Source: an uncultured Solirubrobacteraceae bacterium (GTDB lineage Bacteria; Actinomycetota; Thermoleophilia; Solirubrobacterales; Solirubrobacteraceae). From it: a DNA stretch of 64,000 nt. Location of the stretch: assembly GCA_963763945.1 (NCBI GenBank), contig CAVXQF010000002.1:23635-87634 (forward strand), read 5' to 3'. Shown piece by piece: positions 21,201-32,636 of the stretch (position 1 is the stretch's first letter; the number at the start of each line of letters is the position of its first letter). The position numbers and the translations under genes are program-made. The notes below the pieces were generated by a model that saw only the letters and a list, made by a program, of their open reading frames with translations, ran no database searches and was not told where the DNA came from.

Positions 21201-21398
21201 GGCTCGCGTTGGCGGCGGACGATCGCGTTCGCCGCCGAGGCGGCCTTCGCGGTTCGATCTTCCCGCCGCGTACCGCTCGTGTCCCCGGATAGCGGTGAGG
21301 CCGTACCGCAGCCGCACGCCCTCCTTAAAGCCGTGTGCGGGGCCGGCGTCGACCCCGCACACCGTGGCCTTCGTCGCCTCGGAGGCGACTTGGAGGAC

Positions 21399-22175
21399 CT
21401 AGTAGGCGCCTACGGCTTTCGGGCCCTGTTCGTCGGTCATTTCGACGGTCGCTTCTTTTTTGCCCGGTTCGGTGAAGAGGTGGAACGGGATCGTTTCGCC
21501 GAAGCCCGTCTGTTCTTCTCCTTCTTCCCACTCGGCGCGGTGTTCTTGTTTGCCACCGCTCGTTTTGAACGTGAGCGTCATGCCCTTCTTGGTGTTCGTC
21601 ACCGCGCCCACGAGCACGCTGCGCAGTTCGAATGCTTCTTCGCCGCAGCTGAATTTCGCGAACGTGTTTGGACTACCCGCCTTGAACAGCAGAATGCCGA
21701 TTTCGGTTTCAGCCGGGTCGATCCAGTGCAGCGAGCCCACGAGGCTGCTGCTTTTGATCGTGCCGGTGGCTTCGCCCGCGGTCGTGCACGGCGCTTTCGT
21801 GCTGCCGTTCACCCCGCATTTCTCGAAGCTGATCGTGACGATCTCGGCTTCGCCGCTGAGGATTTCACCCGCGTCGACACCCTTCTTGCAGATGACGTTT
21901 TTGCCGGCGACCACGATCGTGACCGCTTTCGACTTGCTCGTGAAGGGCAGAGATTCGGCTTCGACCCTTTCGTATTTGCCGCCGGTTTCCACTTCGCTGG
22001 CGGTCGTGCATTCTTTGCTCGTGTATTTGCCGATGTAGGTTTTGCCGACTTTTTCGGCCTTTATGCATTTCTTGAATTGTGGCGGCCCTTCTGCCGCGGA
22101 AGCGCCGGCCGCGCCGAGCGCGGCGATCGCAAGCGCGGCGACGAGGCAGAGCCCGAGCGTCCTTATGAGTTTCAC
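21399..22175 (-). CDS. Secreted Lys/Glu/Thr-rich hypothetical protein
   Basis: GTG start after AAGGAG RBS, signal peptide (LGLCLVAALAIAALGAAGASA), several Cys, lower-GC codon usage. Confidence 0.8.
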   Translation of the reverse strand: MKLIRTLGLCLVAALAIAALGAAGASAAEGPPQFKKCIKAEKVGKTYIGKYTSKECTTASEVETGGKYERVEAESLPFTSKSKAVTIVVAGKNVICKKGVDAGEILSGEAEIVTISFEKCGVNGSTKAPCTTAGEATGTIKSSSLVGSLHWIDPAETEIGILLFKAGSPNTFAKFSCGEEAFELRSVLVGAVTNTKKGMTLTFKTSGGKQEHRAEWEEGEEQTGFGETIPFHLFTEPGKKEATVEMTDEQGPKAVGAY

Positions 22176-22188
22176 TGTGCTGCACTCC

Positions 22189-22211
22189 TTTGGTTTTGGT
22201 TTTGGTTTTGG
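22189..22211. repeat. (TTTTGG)n microsatellite, about 4 copies, abutting an RBS
   Basis: On the minus strand it reads CCAAAA x~4 running directly into AAGGAG. Confidence 0.8.
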
Positions 22212-23242
22212 ATGGAGGGCGACTGAGCTCTCCCCCGAGATCCCCCCGCAGTTGCACGCGCGCGCAACGGCGAGCGGAGACAGACGAGACGAGCGCGCTC
22301 GTGCGCGCTGAGGACGAAACCGGGACAGGAGGCAGCCTCGCTCGGAGCAGTCGCGATCGGGGGGTAAGCGGCGGAGAGGCAAAGATCCGGTGCAAGCACC
22401 GCGCCTCGTACCAAGAACGATCGAGCAATCCCCATCGCCGTCTCCATTCCCCGCATCCCCTCACCACGCTTGCCCTGCTTGGCTTGGATCGAAAGGATGC
22501 AGGCACCCAATCAGTGCGGTGACGCAGCCCCTCTCTCCAATCATCCCTTCTCCGATAAACGTCGGCGGCGAGGCTACTGGACGGCTCGCGGGAAAGTCAA
22601 GAAGGAGACATCGTTCACCCTCTTGGCAGATGACTCCGAGTAGACACGGCGCGTCGCGGGGGCGGAGGTGCGCGAAAGAGTCAGAAACACAGAATCGTCA
22701 ATAGAAATCGGGTATTACGTGGTGCGCGAGGCGAGGCCGCGGTCAGTTGGAGACACGCTCGTAGCGAGCGTCGGAAACAAACTGCGGGGAGTCAGAAACA
22801 CGAACCCGGTAAATGGACCCTGGAGGCCCGCGCTGTCAAGTGGTGAGCCGGCTCCTCCGCGAGCCTGAGCGAAGGAGGGCGAGCACCCGGACGGGCGCTG
22901 AGAGCCAGAGCTCGTCTTCGGCCCCCGGGAGAGTTGCTCGGTCGGGGCGCCGCGGCTTCGCCTCCGGTCAGGGAGGACTCCCCGCTGCTGACGCGGCGAG
23001 CCAGCCGTGAGCTTGGGGCCGGGCTCGTCCGGTGGCTCGCGTCGAGGCGGCGCCAGCGCCGGGCCGCGAAACGATCCGCCCGCGCCGGCCCACTTGGGCG
23101 GGAGGTTCGTCCGAGCTGGATCTTCGCCAGCCGCATCGCGCCGTGGCCAACCGCTCGCTGCCCGACCGCAAGCTGCTCGGCCGCGCCGACGGGTAGCATT
23201 TGCAGGGAATCAGGCGCGTCGGGCGAAGACGCACCTACACCA

Positions 23243-23767
23243 ATGGCCTTCCGCGACTCCTGGCACAGCGCTCTCGTCTACTTCGGCCTCGCCGAGGAGT
23301 ATCACGACGACTTCGACGACGCTCCGCCCGAGGCGGAGATCGAGGACCGCTACCGCGAGCGTCCCAACGTGCGCCGCCTGCGACGCCGTCGCGACGAGTT
23401 CGACGACATCTTCGCCGAGGAGGAAACCGGCTCGCGCCGCGGCGGCGGGCGTCCGACGACCGTGCTCAAGTCGGTCGGCGCCAACGGCGACGTGCGCGTG
23501 CACCTCGTGATCCCCAAGTCCTTCAACGACGCCCAGCAGATCGCCGACAAGTTCAAGGACGGGATCCCCGTGATCCTCAACCTGCAGTCCTCCGACACCG
23601 ATCTTTCCAAGCGCCTGATCGACTTCGCCTCCGGGCTCACCTACGCGCTCGACGGCGGCATGCAGCGGATCGCCGACAAGGTCTTCATGCTGACCCCGCG
23701 CAACGTCGAGATCTCCGCCGAGGAGCGTGCACGACTCATCGAGAAGGGCTTCTTCAACCAATCCTGA
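23243..23767 (+). CDS. sepF: Cell division protein SepF
   Basis: LVYFGL, PKSFNDAQQIADKF, RLIDFASGLTYALDG, FMLTP. Confidence 0.95.
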   Translation: MAFRDSWHSALVYFGLAEEYHDDFDDAPPEAEIEDRYRERPNVRRLRRRRDEFDDIFAEEETGSRRGGGRPTTVLKSVGANGDVRVHLVIPKSFNDAQQIADKFKDGIPVILNLQSSDTDLSKRLIDFASGLTYALDGGMQRIADKVFMLTPRNVEISAEERARLIEKGFFNQS

Positions 23768-23906
23768 GCACCGATAGCCTGCGCCTCGCGGCGTCCTCGC
23801 TCGCTCGCGTGCTCATCCGCACGCCACGCTCACTGCGTCCTTGCGAGGCTTGACTCTCGGCACTCAGGAGCGCACCGGCACGCGCCCGGGATACGCTGAG
23901 CCAGCT

Positions 23907-24665
23907 ATGCAGATAGGTCTAATCGGAGCAGGCAACATGGCGCGGGCGCTCGCGCGTGGATGGGGACGGCCCGTGCTGTGCGCCGATCCCGTGGCCGCGC
24001 GCGCCGAGACGCTCGCCGCCGAGCTCGGCGGTGAGACGCCGGCGAGCAATGCCGAGGTCGCCGAGCGCGCCGATCTCGTCGTGCTCTGCCACAAGCCCGC
24101 GCAGCTCGCCGATGTCGCCGCCGAAGTCGCACCGCATGCCAAGGCTGTCGCCTCGATCCTCGCCGCCACGCCGCTGCAGGCGCTGAAGGATGCCTACCCC
24201 GGAACACCTGTCTACCGTTTCATCCCCTCGCTGCCCGTCGAGGTGCGCCAGGGCGCCGTCGTGCAGGCCGCCGGCCCCGAGCAGGACGCGCGCCTCGATC
24301 GTGCCGTCGCCGAGCTGTTCGCCGAGCTCGGCACGCTCGTCGTGCTCGACGACGCGCTCGTCGACGTCGCCATGGGGCTGATGTCGTGCGCGCCCGCCTA
24401 CGTCGCGCTCGTCGCCGAGGCGCAGATCGACGCCGGCGTGCGCAAGGGCATACCCGCCTCCCAAGGCGCCGAGCTCGTCGTGCAGACGCTCGCCGGCACC
24501 GCCGAGCTGTTGCGCGCGCGCGACTACGACACCGTCGCCGTGCGCCGCGAGGTCACCTCGCCCGGCGGCATCACCGCGCGCGGGCTCGACGCGCTCGAGC
24601 GCGGCGGCCTGCGCGCCGCCTTCAGCGACGCACTCGACGCCGTGCTTCAGCCGAAGGGGAGCTGA
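23907..24665 (+). CDS. proC: Pyrroline-5-carboxylate reductase
   Basis: IGLIGAGNMA, KPAQ, SCAPAY, VTSPGGIT. Confidence 0.9.
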   Translation: MQIGLIGAGNMARALARGWGRPVLCADPVAARAETLAAELGGETPASNAEVAERADLVVLCHKPAQLADVAAEVAPHAKAVASILAATPLQALKDAYPGTPVYRFIPSLPVEVRQGAVVQAAGPEQDARLDRAVAELFAELGTLVVLDDALVDVAMGLMSCAPAYVALVAEAQIDAGVRKGIPASQGAELVVQTLAGTAELLRARDYDTVAVRREVTSPGGITARGLDALERGGLRAAFSDALDAVLQPKGS

Positions 24666-24667
24666 CC

Positions 24668-24970
24668 GTGCCGATCGCCAGCGCCCGCACGCAGATCGCC
24701 GACTACCTCTCGACGCTGATCTACGTCTACACGCTGCTGATCATCCTCTACATCGTGATCCAGCTGCTGTTCTCCGTCGGCATCCGCCCGCCGTACTCGC
24801 GCACGCTCGACGCCGTGCTCGGCTTCCTGCGCGACATCTGCGAGCCCTTCCTGCGCATCTTCCGGCGCGTGATCCCGTCCTTCGGCGGGCTCGACTTCAG
24901 CCCGATCCTCGCGATCTTCACCTTGCAGATCGTCAACTCCATCGTCGTCAACAACCTGATTCACGGCTGA
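24668..24970 (+). CDS. yggT: YggT family membrane protein
   Basis: EPFLRIFRRVIP.FGGLDFSPILA. Confidence 0.93.
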   Translation: MPIASARTQIADYLSTLIYVYTLLIILYIVIQLLFSVGIRPPYSRTLDAVLGFLRDICEPFLRIFRRVIPSFGGLDFSPILAIFTLQIVNSIVVNNLIHG

Positions 24971-24976
24971 GTCCCG

Positions 24977-25468
24977 ATGCGCGCCGCTGGCCCATGGCTG
25001 CGCGCCGCGCTCGTGCTCGTGCTCGTCGTAGCCGCCGATCATCTCTCCAAGCACGCCGTCAACGCCGACATCGCGCAGGGCGAAGAACGCAAAGTGCTGC
25101 CCGGGATCGAGCTGGTCAACACGCGCAACCACGGCGTCGCCTTCGGCTTCCTGCCCGGCAGCCACATCGCCATCACCATCCTGATCGGCGTCGCCCTGCT
25201 CGGGCTGCTCGTCTACTTCGCCCTGCACACGCGCGAGCGCCTGATCTGGCTGCCCACCGGGATGCTGATCGGCGGCGCCATCGGCAACGTGATCGATCGC
25301 GTGCGCGTCGGCTCCGTGACCGACTTCATCAAGCTGCCGCTCGGATGGCCGCCGTTCAACCTCGCCGACATGTCGATCACCTTCGGCGTGCTGATCCTGT
25401 TCCTCGTGATCGACCACGCCCGCCACGCCGCGAAGCGGGCCGAGCCCTCGCCGGGCGCCGAGGCATGA
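24977..25468 (+). CDS. lspA: Lipoprotein signal peptidase II
   Basis: NHGVAFG, GGAIGNVIDR, VTDFI, FNLAD. Confidence 0.96.
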   Translation: MRAAGPWLRAALVLVLVVAADHLSKHAVNADIAQGEERKVLPGIELVNTRNHGVAFGFLPGSHIAITILIGVALLGLLVYFALHTRERLIWLPTGMLIGGAIGNVIDRVRVGSVTDFIKLPLGWPPFNLADMSITFGVLILFLVIDHARHAAKRAEPSPGAEA

Positions 25469-26220
25469 GCGAGCCGCAGCGCCCCACGGAAGCGCCGGCG
25501 CCGGCTGCCGCGCACGCCGCCGAGCCCTTCGAGATCGCCTACGACGACGAGCACCTGCTCGTCGTCGACAAGGCCGCCGGCGTCGTCGTGCACCCCGCCA
25601 AGGGCCACCGCGAGGACACGCTCTCCCAGCTGCTCATCCAGAGTGTCGCCGAGGACCCCGGAGCCGCCGCCCCCGCCGGCGGCGACCCCGAGCGCGCCGG
25701 CATCGTGCACCGCCTCGACCGCGACACCTCCGGGCTGCTCGTCGTCGCGCGCTCCGAGCAGGCCCACGCAAAGCTCCAGCGCGCGCTGCAGGATCGCGAG
25801 ATCGAACGCGAGTACCTGGCGCTCGTGATCGGCCGACCGCCCGCGCGCAGCGGCACGATCGAGGCGCCGATCGGGCGCGACCCGCACGTACGCACGCGCA
25901 TGGCCGTCGGCGGCGCCCGCGCGCGCGAGGCGCGCACGCACTTCGAGCTCGACCGCGCCCTGGCCGAGCACTCGTTGCTCAGGCTCAAATTGGAGACGGG
26001 GCGCACGCATCAGATCCGCGTGCACCTGCAGGCCATCGGGCACCCCGTCGCCGGCGACCCCGAGTACGGCGGCCGCGGCGCTCTCGGCCTGCAAAGGCAG
26101 TTCCTGCACGCCGCGCGCCTCGCCTTCGCGCACCCGATCACAGGTGTCCCGATCGACGTCAGCTCGCCGCTGCCCGACGATCTGCGCGAGGCGCTTGCCC
26201 GCGCAGAGCGGCTATCCTGA
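25465..26220 (+). CDS. RluA/RluD family pseudouridine synthase (no S4 domain)
   Basis: GIVHRLDRDTSG, LETGRTHQIRVH, GDPEYG, LHA. Confidence 0.95.
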   Translation: MSEPQRPTEAPAPAAAHAAEPFEIAYDDEHLLVVDKAAGVVVHPAKGHREDTLSQLLIQSVAEDPGAAAPAGGDPERAGIVHRLDRDTSGLLVVARSEQAHAKLQRALQDREIEREYLALVIGRPPARSGTIEAPIGRDPHVRTRMAVGGARAREARTHFELDRALAEHSLLRLKLETGRTHQIRVHLQAIGHPVAGDPEYGGRGALGLQRQFLHAARLAFAHPITGVPIDVSSPLPDDLREALARAERLS

Positions 26221-26351
26221 GCCGTTCACAGACCTTCTATCCGACCGACGTCGGAAGCGGCCCTGCCCGGTACTGCGAGCAACGCCATGCAGCCCCGGGT
26301 CCGCCTTTCGTGTCGGTCGTCTTCAAATCAAAAAAATAAAGGGAGAATCAC

Positions 26352-27518
26352 GTGGCTCAGGTAGGCATCGCGGAGCTGCTGGAGGCCGGCGTTCATTTCG
26401 GCCATCAGACGCGCCGCTGGAACCCCAAGATGCGCCGCTTCATCTTCGGTGAGCGTGGCGGCAACTACATCATCGACCTCGTCAAGACGCAGGTCCTGCT
26501 GCAGCAGGCGCAGGCCTTCGCCTCCGAGGTATCGCACCGCGGCGGCACAGTGCTGTTCGTCGGCACCAAGAAGCAGGCCCGCGACACGATCAAGGACGTC
26601 GCCGAAGCCGCCGACATGCCCTTCGTCAACCACCGCTGGCTCGGTGGCCTGTTGACCAACTTCGAAACGATCAGCCAGCGCATCCGCCGGCTGCACGACC
26701 TCGAACGCTACGAGACCGAGGGCCAGCTCGCGCTGCTGCCCACGCGCGAGCGGATGGCCGCCCAGGCCGACCTCGCCAAGCTGCGCGCCAACCTCGGCGG
26801 CGTCAAGAACATGCAGCGCGTCCCCGACGCCATGTTCGTGATCGATCTGAAGACCGAGGAGATCGCCGTCAAAGAGGCCCGCCGCCTGCGCATCCCGATT
26901 ATCGGCCTCGTCGACACCAACTGCGACCCCGACGGGATCGACTACGTCGTCCCCGGCAACGACGACGCCATCCGCTCCTGCGCGCTGATCACGCAGGCCA
27001 TCGGCCAGGTCGTGCAGGAGGGTCACTCCGTGTTCCGCGCCGAGGAGGAGAAGGCGCGCAAGGAAGCCGAGGAAAAAGCCCGCGTCGAGGCCGAAGCCCG
27101 CGCCAAGCGCGAGGCCGAGGAGCAGGCCAAGCGCGAGGCCGAGGAACTGGCCAAGAAAGAGGCCGACGAAAAAGCTGCAGCCGAGCGGGCCTTCCACGAG
27201 AAAGCCGCCGCCGAAAAGGCCGCAGCCGAGGCCGCCGCGCAGCAGCCCGTGCCCGAGACCACGCCCGTGCCCGCCGCGCCCGCCGACCCTGCCACGCTCG
27301 AGCCGCAGGCCGAGTCGGTCACGCCCATGAACGCCAGTCCCGACGAGAAGCAGCCCGCCAAGGCGCAGTCCGCGCCGCCCGAGACCGCCGCCGAGAGCGA
27401 GGCCGAGGCGCCCGAGGCGCCCGCCGCAGAGCCCGCGCCCGCGCCCGTGGCGGTCGCCGAGACAACAGACGACAGCAGGCCGGCCGAGGAGCCCGCGAAG
27501 GAGGCAGAGCAGCAATGA
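26352..27518 (+). CDS. rpsB: 30S ribosomal protein S2 with long C-terminal extension
   Basis: LLEAGVHFGHQTRRWNPKM, RWLGGLLTN, DTNCDP, PGNDDAIR. Confidence 0.98.
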   Translation: MAQVGIAELLEAGVHFGHQTRRWNPKMRRFIFGERGGNYIIDLVKTQVLLQQAQAFASEVSHRGGTVLFVGTKKQARDTIKDVAEAADMPFVNHRWLGGLLTNFETISQRIRRLHDLERYETEGQLALLPTRERMAAQADLAKLRANLGGVKNMQRVPDAMFVIDLKTEEIAVKEARRLRIPIIGLVDTNCDPDGIDYVVPGNDDAIRSCALITQAIGQVVQEGHSVFRAEEEKARKEAEEKARVEAEARAKREAEEQAKREAEELAKKEADEKAAAERAFHEKAAAEKAAAEAAAQQPVPETTPVPAAPADPATLEPQAESVTPMNASPDEKQPAKAQSAPPETAAESEAEAPEAPAAEPAPAPVAVAETTDDSRPAEEPAKEAEQQ

Positions 27519-28120
27519 GCACCACCGAGATCTCCGCCAAGGACGTCAAGGCCCTGCGCGAGCGCACCAGCGCCGGCATGATGGACTGCAAGAAGGCCCT
27601 CACCGAGGCCGGCGGCGACATGGACAAGGCCGTCGAGATCCTGCGCCTGAAGCAGGGCAAGAAGATCCAGGACCTCGGCGAGCGCGTCGCCACCGAGGGC
27701 ACCGTGCAGTCCTACATCCACGCCGGCGCGCGGGTCGGCGTGCTGATCGAGGTCGACTGCAACACCGACTTCGTCGCCAGCAACGACGACTTCACGCAGT
27801 TCGCGCGTGACGTCGCCCTGCAGATCGCCGCCACGCCGACCGTCTCCTACGTCAGCCGCGACGACGTGCCCGAGCAGGCGCGCGACGCCGAGGCGCGCAT
27901 CTACGAGCAGGAAGCCGCCGACAAGCCCGAGAACGTGCGCGAGAAAATCGTCACCGGCAAGCTCGACTCCTGGTATCAGACGATCGTGCTGCTCGAGCAG
28001 GAGATGCACAACCCCAAGTTCGACGGCAAGACCGTGCAGCAGCTGCGCGACGAGCTCACCGCCACGACAGGCGAGAACGTCGTGATCAGGCGATTTGCCC
28101 GGTTCGCCGTGGGGCAGTAG
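27515..28120 (+). CDS. tsf: Elongation factor Ts (short type)
   Basis: VKALRERTSAGMMDCKKAL, EVDCNTDFVA, GENVVIRRFARF. Confidence 0.96.
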   Translation: MSTTEISAKDVKALRERTSAGMMDCKKALTEAGGDMDKAVEILRLKQGKKIQDLGERVATEGTVQSYIHAGARVGVLIEVDCNTDFVASNDDFTQFARDVALQIAATPTVSYVSRDDVPEQARDAEARIYEQEAADKPENVREKIVTGKLDSWYQTIVLLEQEMHNPKFDGKTVQQLRDELTATTGENVVIRRFARFAVGQ

Positions 28121-28212
28121 GCCGGTCGGCTCGCGCAATTGGGCGGTCGCTACCAATCGCCGAATTTTCATATAGCCCCGCCCGCACCCTCGGGCGCATG
28201 GCGACTGAGTAG

Positions 28213-29538
<1,326 letters not shown>

Positions 29539-29539
<1 letters not shown>

Positions 29540-30249
29540 TGGCGGCCGCCGAGCAAGCGACGGCGGCGACGGACGATCCGTCGCCCCCGTCGGCGCGCTA
29601 CGTCGCGATCATCACCGACGGCAACGGGCGCTGGGCGCGCGAGCACGGCCTGCCCGTCAACGACGGCCACGACGCCGGTGCCGACACGGTCAAGGCGCGC
29701 CTGCGCGACGCAGCCGAGTTCGGCGTCAAAGAGCTGACGGTCTATTCGTTCTCGACCGAGAACTGGTCGCGCCCGGCCGAGGAGGTGGCCGGGCTGATGG
29801 CGATGTTCTCGGCGCGGATCGCCGGCGAGACGCCGGAGCTGCACGAGGAGGGCGTGCGCATGCGCTTCATCGGCCGGCGCGAGGGCATTTCAGAGGAGCT
29901 GGTCGAGCGGATGGACTGGTCCGAGGAGCTGACCGCCGAGAACGAGCGGATCACGCTGTACGTCGCCTTCAACTACGGCGGGCGCGCCAAGATCCTCGAC
30001 GCCGCGCGGCGCTTCGCGGGGGGCAGCGAGGAGGACTTCCGCGCCTGCCTGTATGCGCCCGAGATGCACGACCCCGACCTGATCATCCGCACGAGCGGCG
30101 AGCAGCGGCTGTCGAACTACCTCTTGTGGCAGTCGGCCTACTCAGAGCTCGTGTTCCGCGAGGAGATGTGGCCCGAGTTCTCGCGCGAGGCGCTCGCCGA
30201 GTCGCTGGCCGAGTTCTCCCGGCGCCGCAGGCGCTTCGGTGCGCGCTGA
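29539..30249 (+). CDS. uppS: cis-prenyl (undecaprenyl) diphosphate synthase
   Basis: IITDGNGRWA, FSTENWSRP, NYGGR, IRTSGEQRLSNYLLWQ. Confidence 0.96.
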
Positions 30250-31190
30250 TGGCCGGCGGCGAGGCGCGCACGCCGGCCGGGCGCAGCGGGCGCCATCGCC
30301 CGTCGCGCGGGCGCCCGCAGCGCGTGCGGCGCTCCAGCCGGCCGCTCGTGCGCAGCCGCGCGCCGCGTGGCGGCGGCGCGGGCGGCGACGACGGGGAGGA
30401 CCGGCAGCGCTCTGACCTGCGCGCCCGCCTGCTCGCCGCGATCCCGGCGATCGCCGTGGCGCTGTTCCTCGTGATCGAGGGCGGCGCGATCTTCACGTTC
30501 GGCCTGTTCGTGCTCGGCTGCATCTGCCTGCACGAGCTCTACGGCATGTACGCGCGCGCCCACCCGGTGCGCCTGGCCGGCTTCGTCGCGCTCGCCGGGC
30601 TGCTCGTGGCGGCCAACTACGGCAGCCAGTTCCAGGTGCTGCTCGTGCTCGTGGCCGCGCTGCCGCTGCTGTTCGGCCTGACCGTGCTGCAGCCGCGCCC
30701 GAGCGTCGGCGGGCTGTCGGTGACGCTGCTCGGGATCTACTGGATCGGCCTGGCGCTGGCGCATGCGGTGATGCTGCGCGGCCTGCCGCACGGCCTTGGC
30801 ATCGTGATCAACGTGCTCGTGGGCACGTTCCTCGGCGACACCGGCGCCTACTTCGGCGGGCGCCTGTTCGGCCGCCGGCCGCTGGCGCCCGTGATCTCGC
30901 CCAACAAGACCGTCGAGGGCCTCTTGATCGGGATGGTCTGCACCGTGCTCGCAGTGTGGATCGCCGGGCGCTACCAGGAATGGCTGCCCGGGACGCACGC
31001 GCTCGTGCTCGGCCTCGGCGTCGCGCTCGTCGCGCCCGTCGGCGACCTGTTCGAGTCCTTCGTCAAGCGCGAGGCGCATACCAAGGACTCAGGCGGGCTG
31101 TTCGGCGCGCACGGCGGGGCGCTCAACCGGCTCGATGCGGTGTTGTTTGCCGCGGTGGTTGGGTATTACATCTGGGCGGCTTATTCGTAG
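30249..31190 (+). CDS. cdsA: Phosphatidate cytidylyltransferase
   Basis: DTGAYFGG, ISPNKTVEG, GDLFESFVKR, KDSG...HGG. Confidence 0.95.
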   Translation: MAGGEARTPAGRSGRHRPSRGRPQRVRRSSRPLVRSRAPRGGGAGGDDGEDRQRSDLRARLLAAIPAIAVALFLVIEGGAIFTFGLFVLGCICLHELYGMYARAHPVRLAGFVALAGLLVAANYGSQFQVLLVLVAALPLLFGLTVLQPRPSVGGLSVTLLGIYWIGLALAHAVMLRGLPHGLGIVINVLVGTFLGDTGAYFGGRLFGRRPLAPVISPNKTVEGLLIGMVCTVLAVWIAGRYQEWLPGTHALVLGLGVALVAPVGDLFESFVKREAHTKDSGGLFGAHGGALNRLDAVLFAAVVGYYIWAAYS

Positions 31191-31215
31191 CTCACAGAGA
31201 GAGGCCCGGCTACGA

Positions 31216-31238
31216 TACAATGTCTAACAAACGTTAGA
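31216..31238 (+). promoter_or_regulatory. -10 box plus palindromic operator upstream of the Phd-fusion gene
   Basis: TACAAT (31216-21) followed by the perfect inverted repeat TCTAAC-AAAC-GTTAGA. Confidence 0.6.
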
Positions 31239-31257
31239 TCTTGGAGTCGAGACTGTC

Positions 31258-32112
31258 ATGGCCATAATCGGAATAAGAGACCTCGTCCACACGAGCAAGG
31301 ACGTATTGGCACGTGTCGAGGACGATAAGGAGCCCTTTCTCATCACCCGACGGGGGCAGCCGGTCGCTGCGCTGGTCCCAGTTGACGCCGCGGAAGCTGA
31401 GCGTTATGTCCTTGCGAGCGCTCCGGCGCTCGTCGAGAGCCGCAGGAGCGCGGAGGAGAGACCCCGTCGGGCTCGCCCGATCGGCGAGGTCGCTGAGCAT
31501 TACGGCATCGAGCCGAGTGAGCCCGGGAGCAGCATCGAAGCACTCTCCGGGGGGATGGAGATCGTGGCCTCGCTACGGCCTTTCGTCGGCAGGCACGTCG
31601 CGGAACAGTACGCCGAGAAGGCTGATCAGCAACTTGGGTCGATCACCGACAAGGTGCTCAAGACAGCCGAGGGCTGGGGGCTGTTCGAGTCCGACTCAGC
31701 GAGCGACCGTGCAGTGGTCAGCGCGCGTGTGCATGCCCTAAATCAACGCCTGCTCGGATTGGAGGTACGAACGCTGCTCAAGGAGGCTGTGGGACAGCGT
31801 CTGGAGGGCCTCGGCTGGAGTACCGAGGTGGAGGAGACGAGCGACGACGCAAGCGAGGGCGTGTTTGGCAGCTCTTTGGCAGACGAGGCGGTAGATGAGG
31901 CCGTCCAACGCGTAGACGTCGTCAACCAGCGAATCTTTACGCTGGTCGAGCAGGACCCAAGCGCGTTTTCGCTCGCTGCGTATGAGCTCTCGGTGCGTAC
32001 AGGGATCGAGATGCTTGGCAGCAGGATGCCGGCGTATGGCGCCATCGCTTGGGGAGAGGTTCGCAGCGACTACCTCTCGGCCGAGGGTGGCGCGCCACAG
32101 GCTGCTGGTTGA
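31258..32112 (+). CDS. Phd/YefM antitoxin-domain protein with ~200-aa C-terminal extension
   Basis: N-terminal IIGIRDL...VLARVE...EPFLITRRGQPVAALVPVD; remainder unrecognised, acidic and probably helical. Confidence 0.8.
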   Translation: MAIIGIRDLVHTSKDVLARVEDDKEPFLITRRGQPVAALVPVDAAEAERYVLASAPALVESRRSAEERPRRARPIGEVAEHYGIEPSEPGSSIEALSGGMEIVASLRPFVGRHVAEQYAEKADQQLGSITDKVLKTAEGWGLFESDSASDRAVVSARVHALNQRLLGLEVRTLLKEAVGQRLEGLGWSTEVEETSDDASEGVFGSSLADEAVDEAVQRVDVVNQRIFTLVEQDPSAFSLAAYELSVRTGIEMLGSRMPAYGAIAWGEVRSDYLSAEGGAPQAAG

Positions 32113-32636
32113 TCGAGCGCCGCGGCTGCGGCGGATATCTCCTCGTCGTGCTGCGCGCCGATGTTTGATCCTCCAACCAGCAGGACGGTCAGTAGCCCGG
32201 CACCGCCAAGCCCGACGCTGAGGCCAAACAGCCAGCGATAGAGCCAGGCCTCGACGGCTGCGGTCGACCCGATCACGCTGGCGACAGTCGCCGTCCCCAG
32301 GTAGACGAAGGTGGACCGGCGGAGCCAGCGGCGCGCGCGGTAGGCAACCCGGCTGTCAAGCGCGCCCTGAAACAAGGCCACGGCGACAAGTAGCGTCACC
32401 GCAATCTGCGCCGTTGAGGAGAAGAATGAGGATAGGTTTGAGGCGGGATGCTTTTGATCGACGGTTGGCGCGCAGATCACGGCGATCACGGTCACCCCAA
32501 GCGCAACGAGATGGAGCAGCGCGGATCGGTCCGGCGATCGGTGTGAGGTGTCTCGGACCTTGGTCGTCTTCTCGGCGGCTGCGGCGGACGCCCGCTTCTT
32601 CTTCGTTTTCGATTTGACCCTCGGCTTAATCGCCAT
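32070..32636 (-). CDS. Hypothetical membrane protein (about 4 TM, basic N-terminus)
   Basis: ATG overlaps the end of the upstream ORF; Lys-rich N-terminus then hydrophobic segments. Confidence 0.7.
   Translation of the reverse strand: MAIKPRVKSKTKKKRASAAAAEKTTKVRDTSHRSPDRSALLHLVALGVTVIAVICAPTVDQKHPASNLSSFFSSTAQIAVTLLVAVALFQGALDSRVAYRARRWLRRSTFVYLGTATVASVIGSTAAVEAWLYRWLFGLSVGLGGAGLLTVLLVGGSNIGAQHDEEISAAAAALDQPAACGAPPSAER

Noticed and set aside
22308-22322. Hammerhead-like CTGAGGA..GAAA core
   Set aside because: Only one base separates the motifs, so stem II cannot form.
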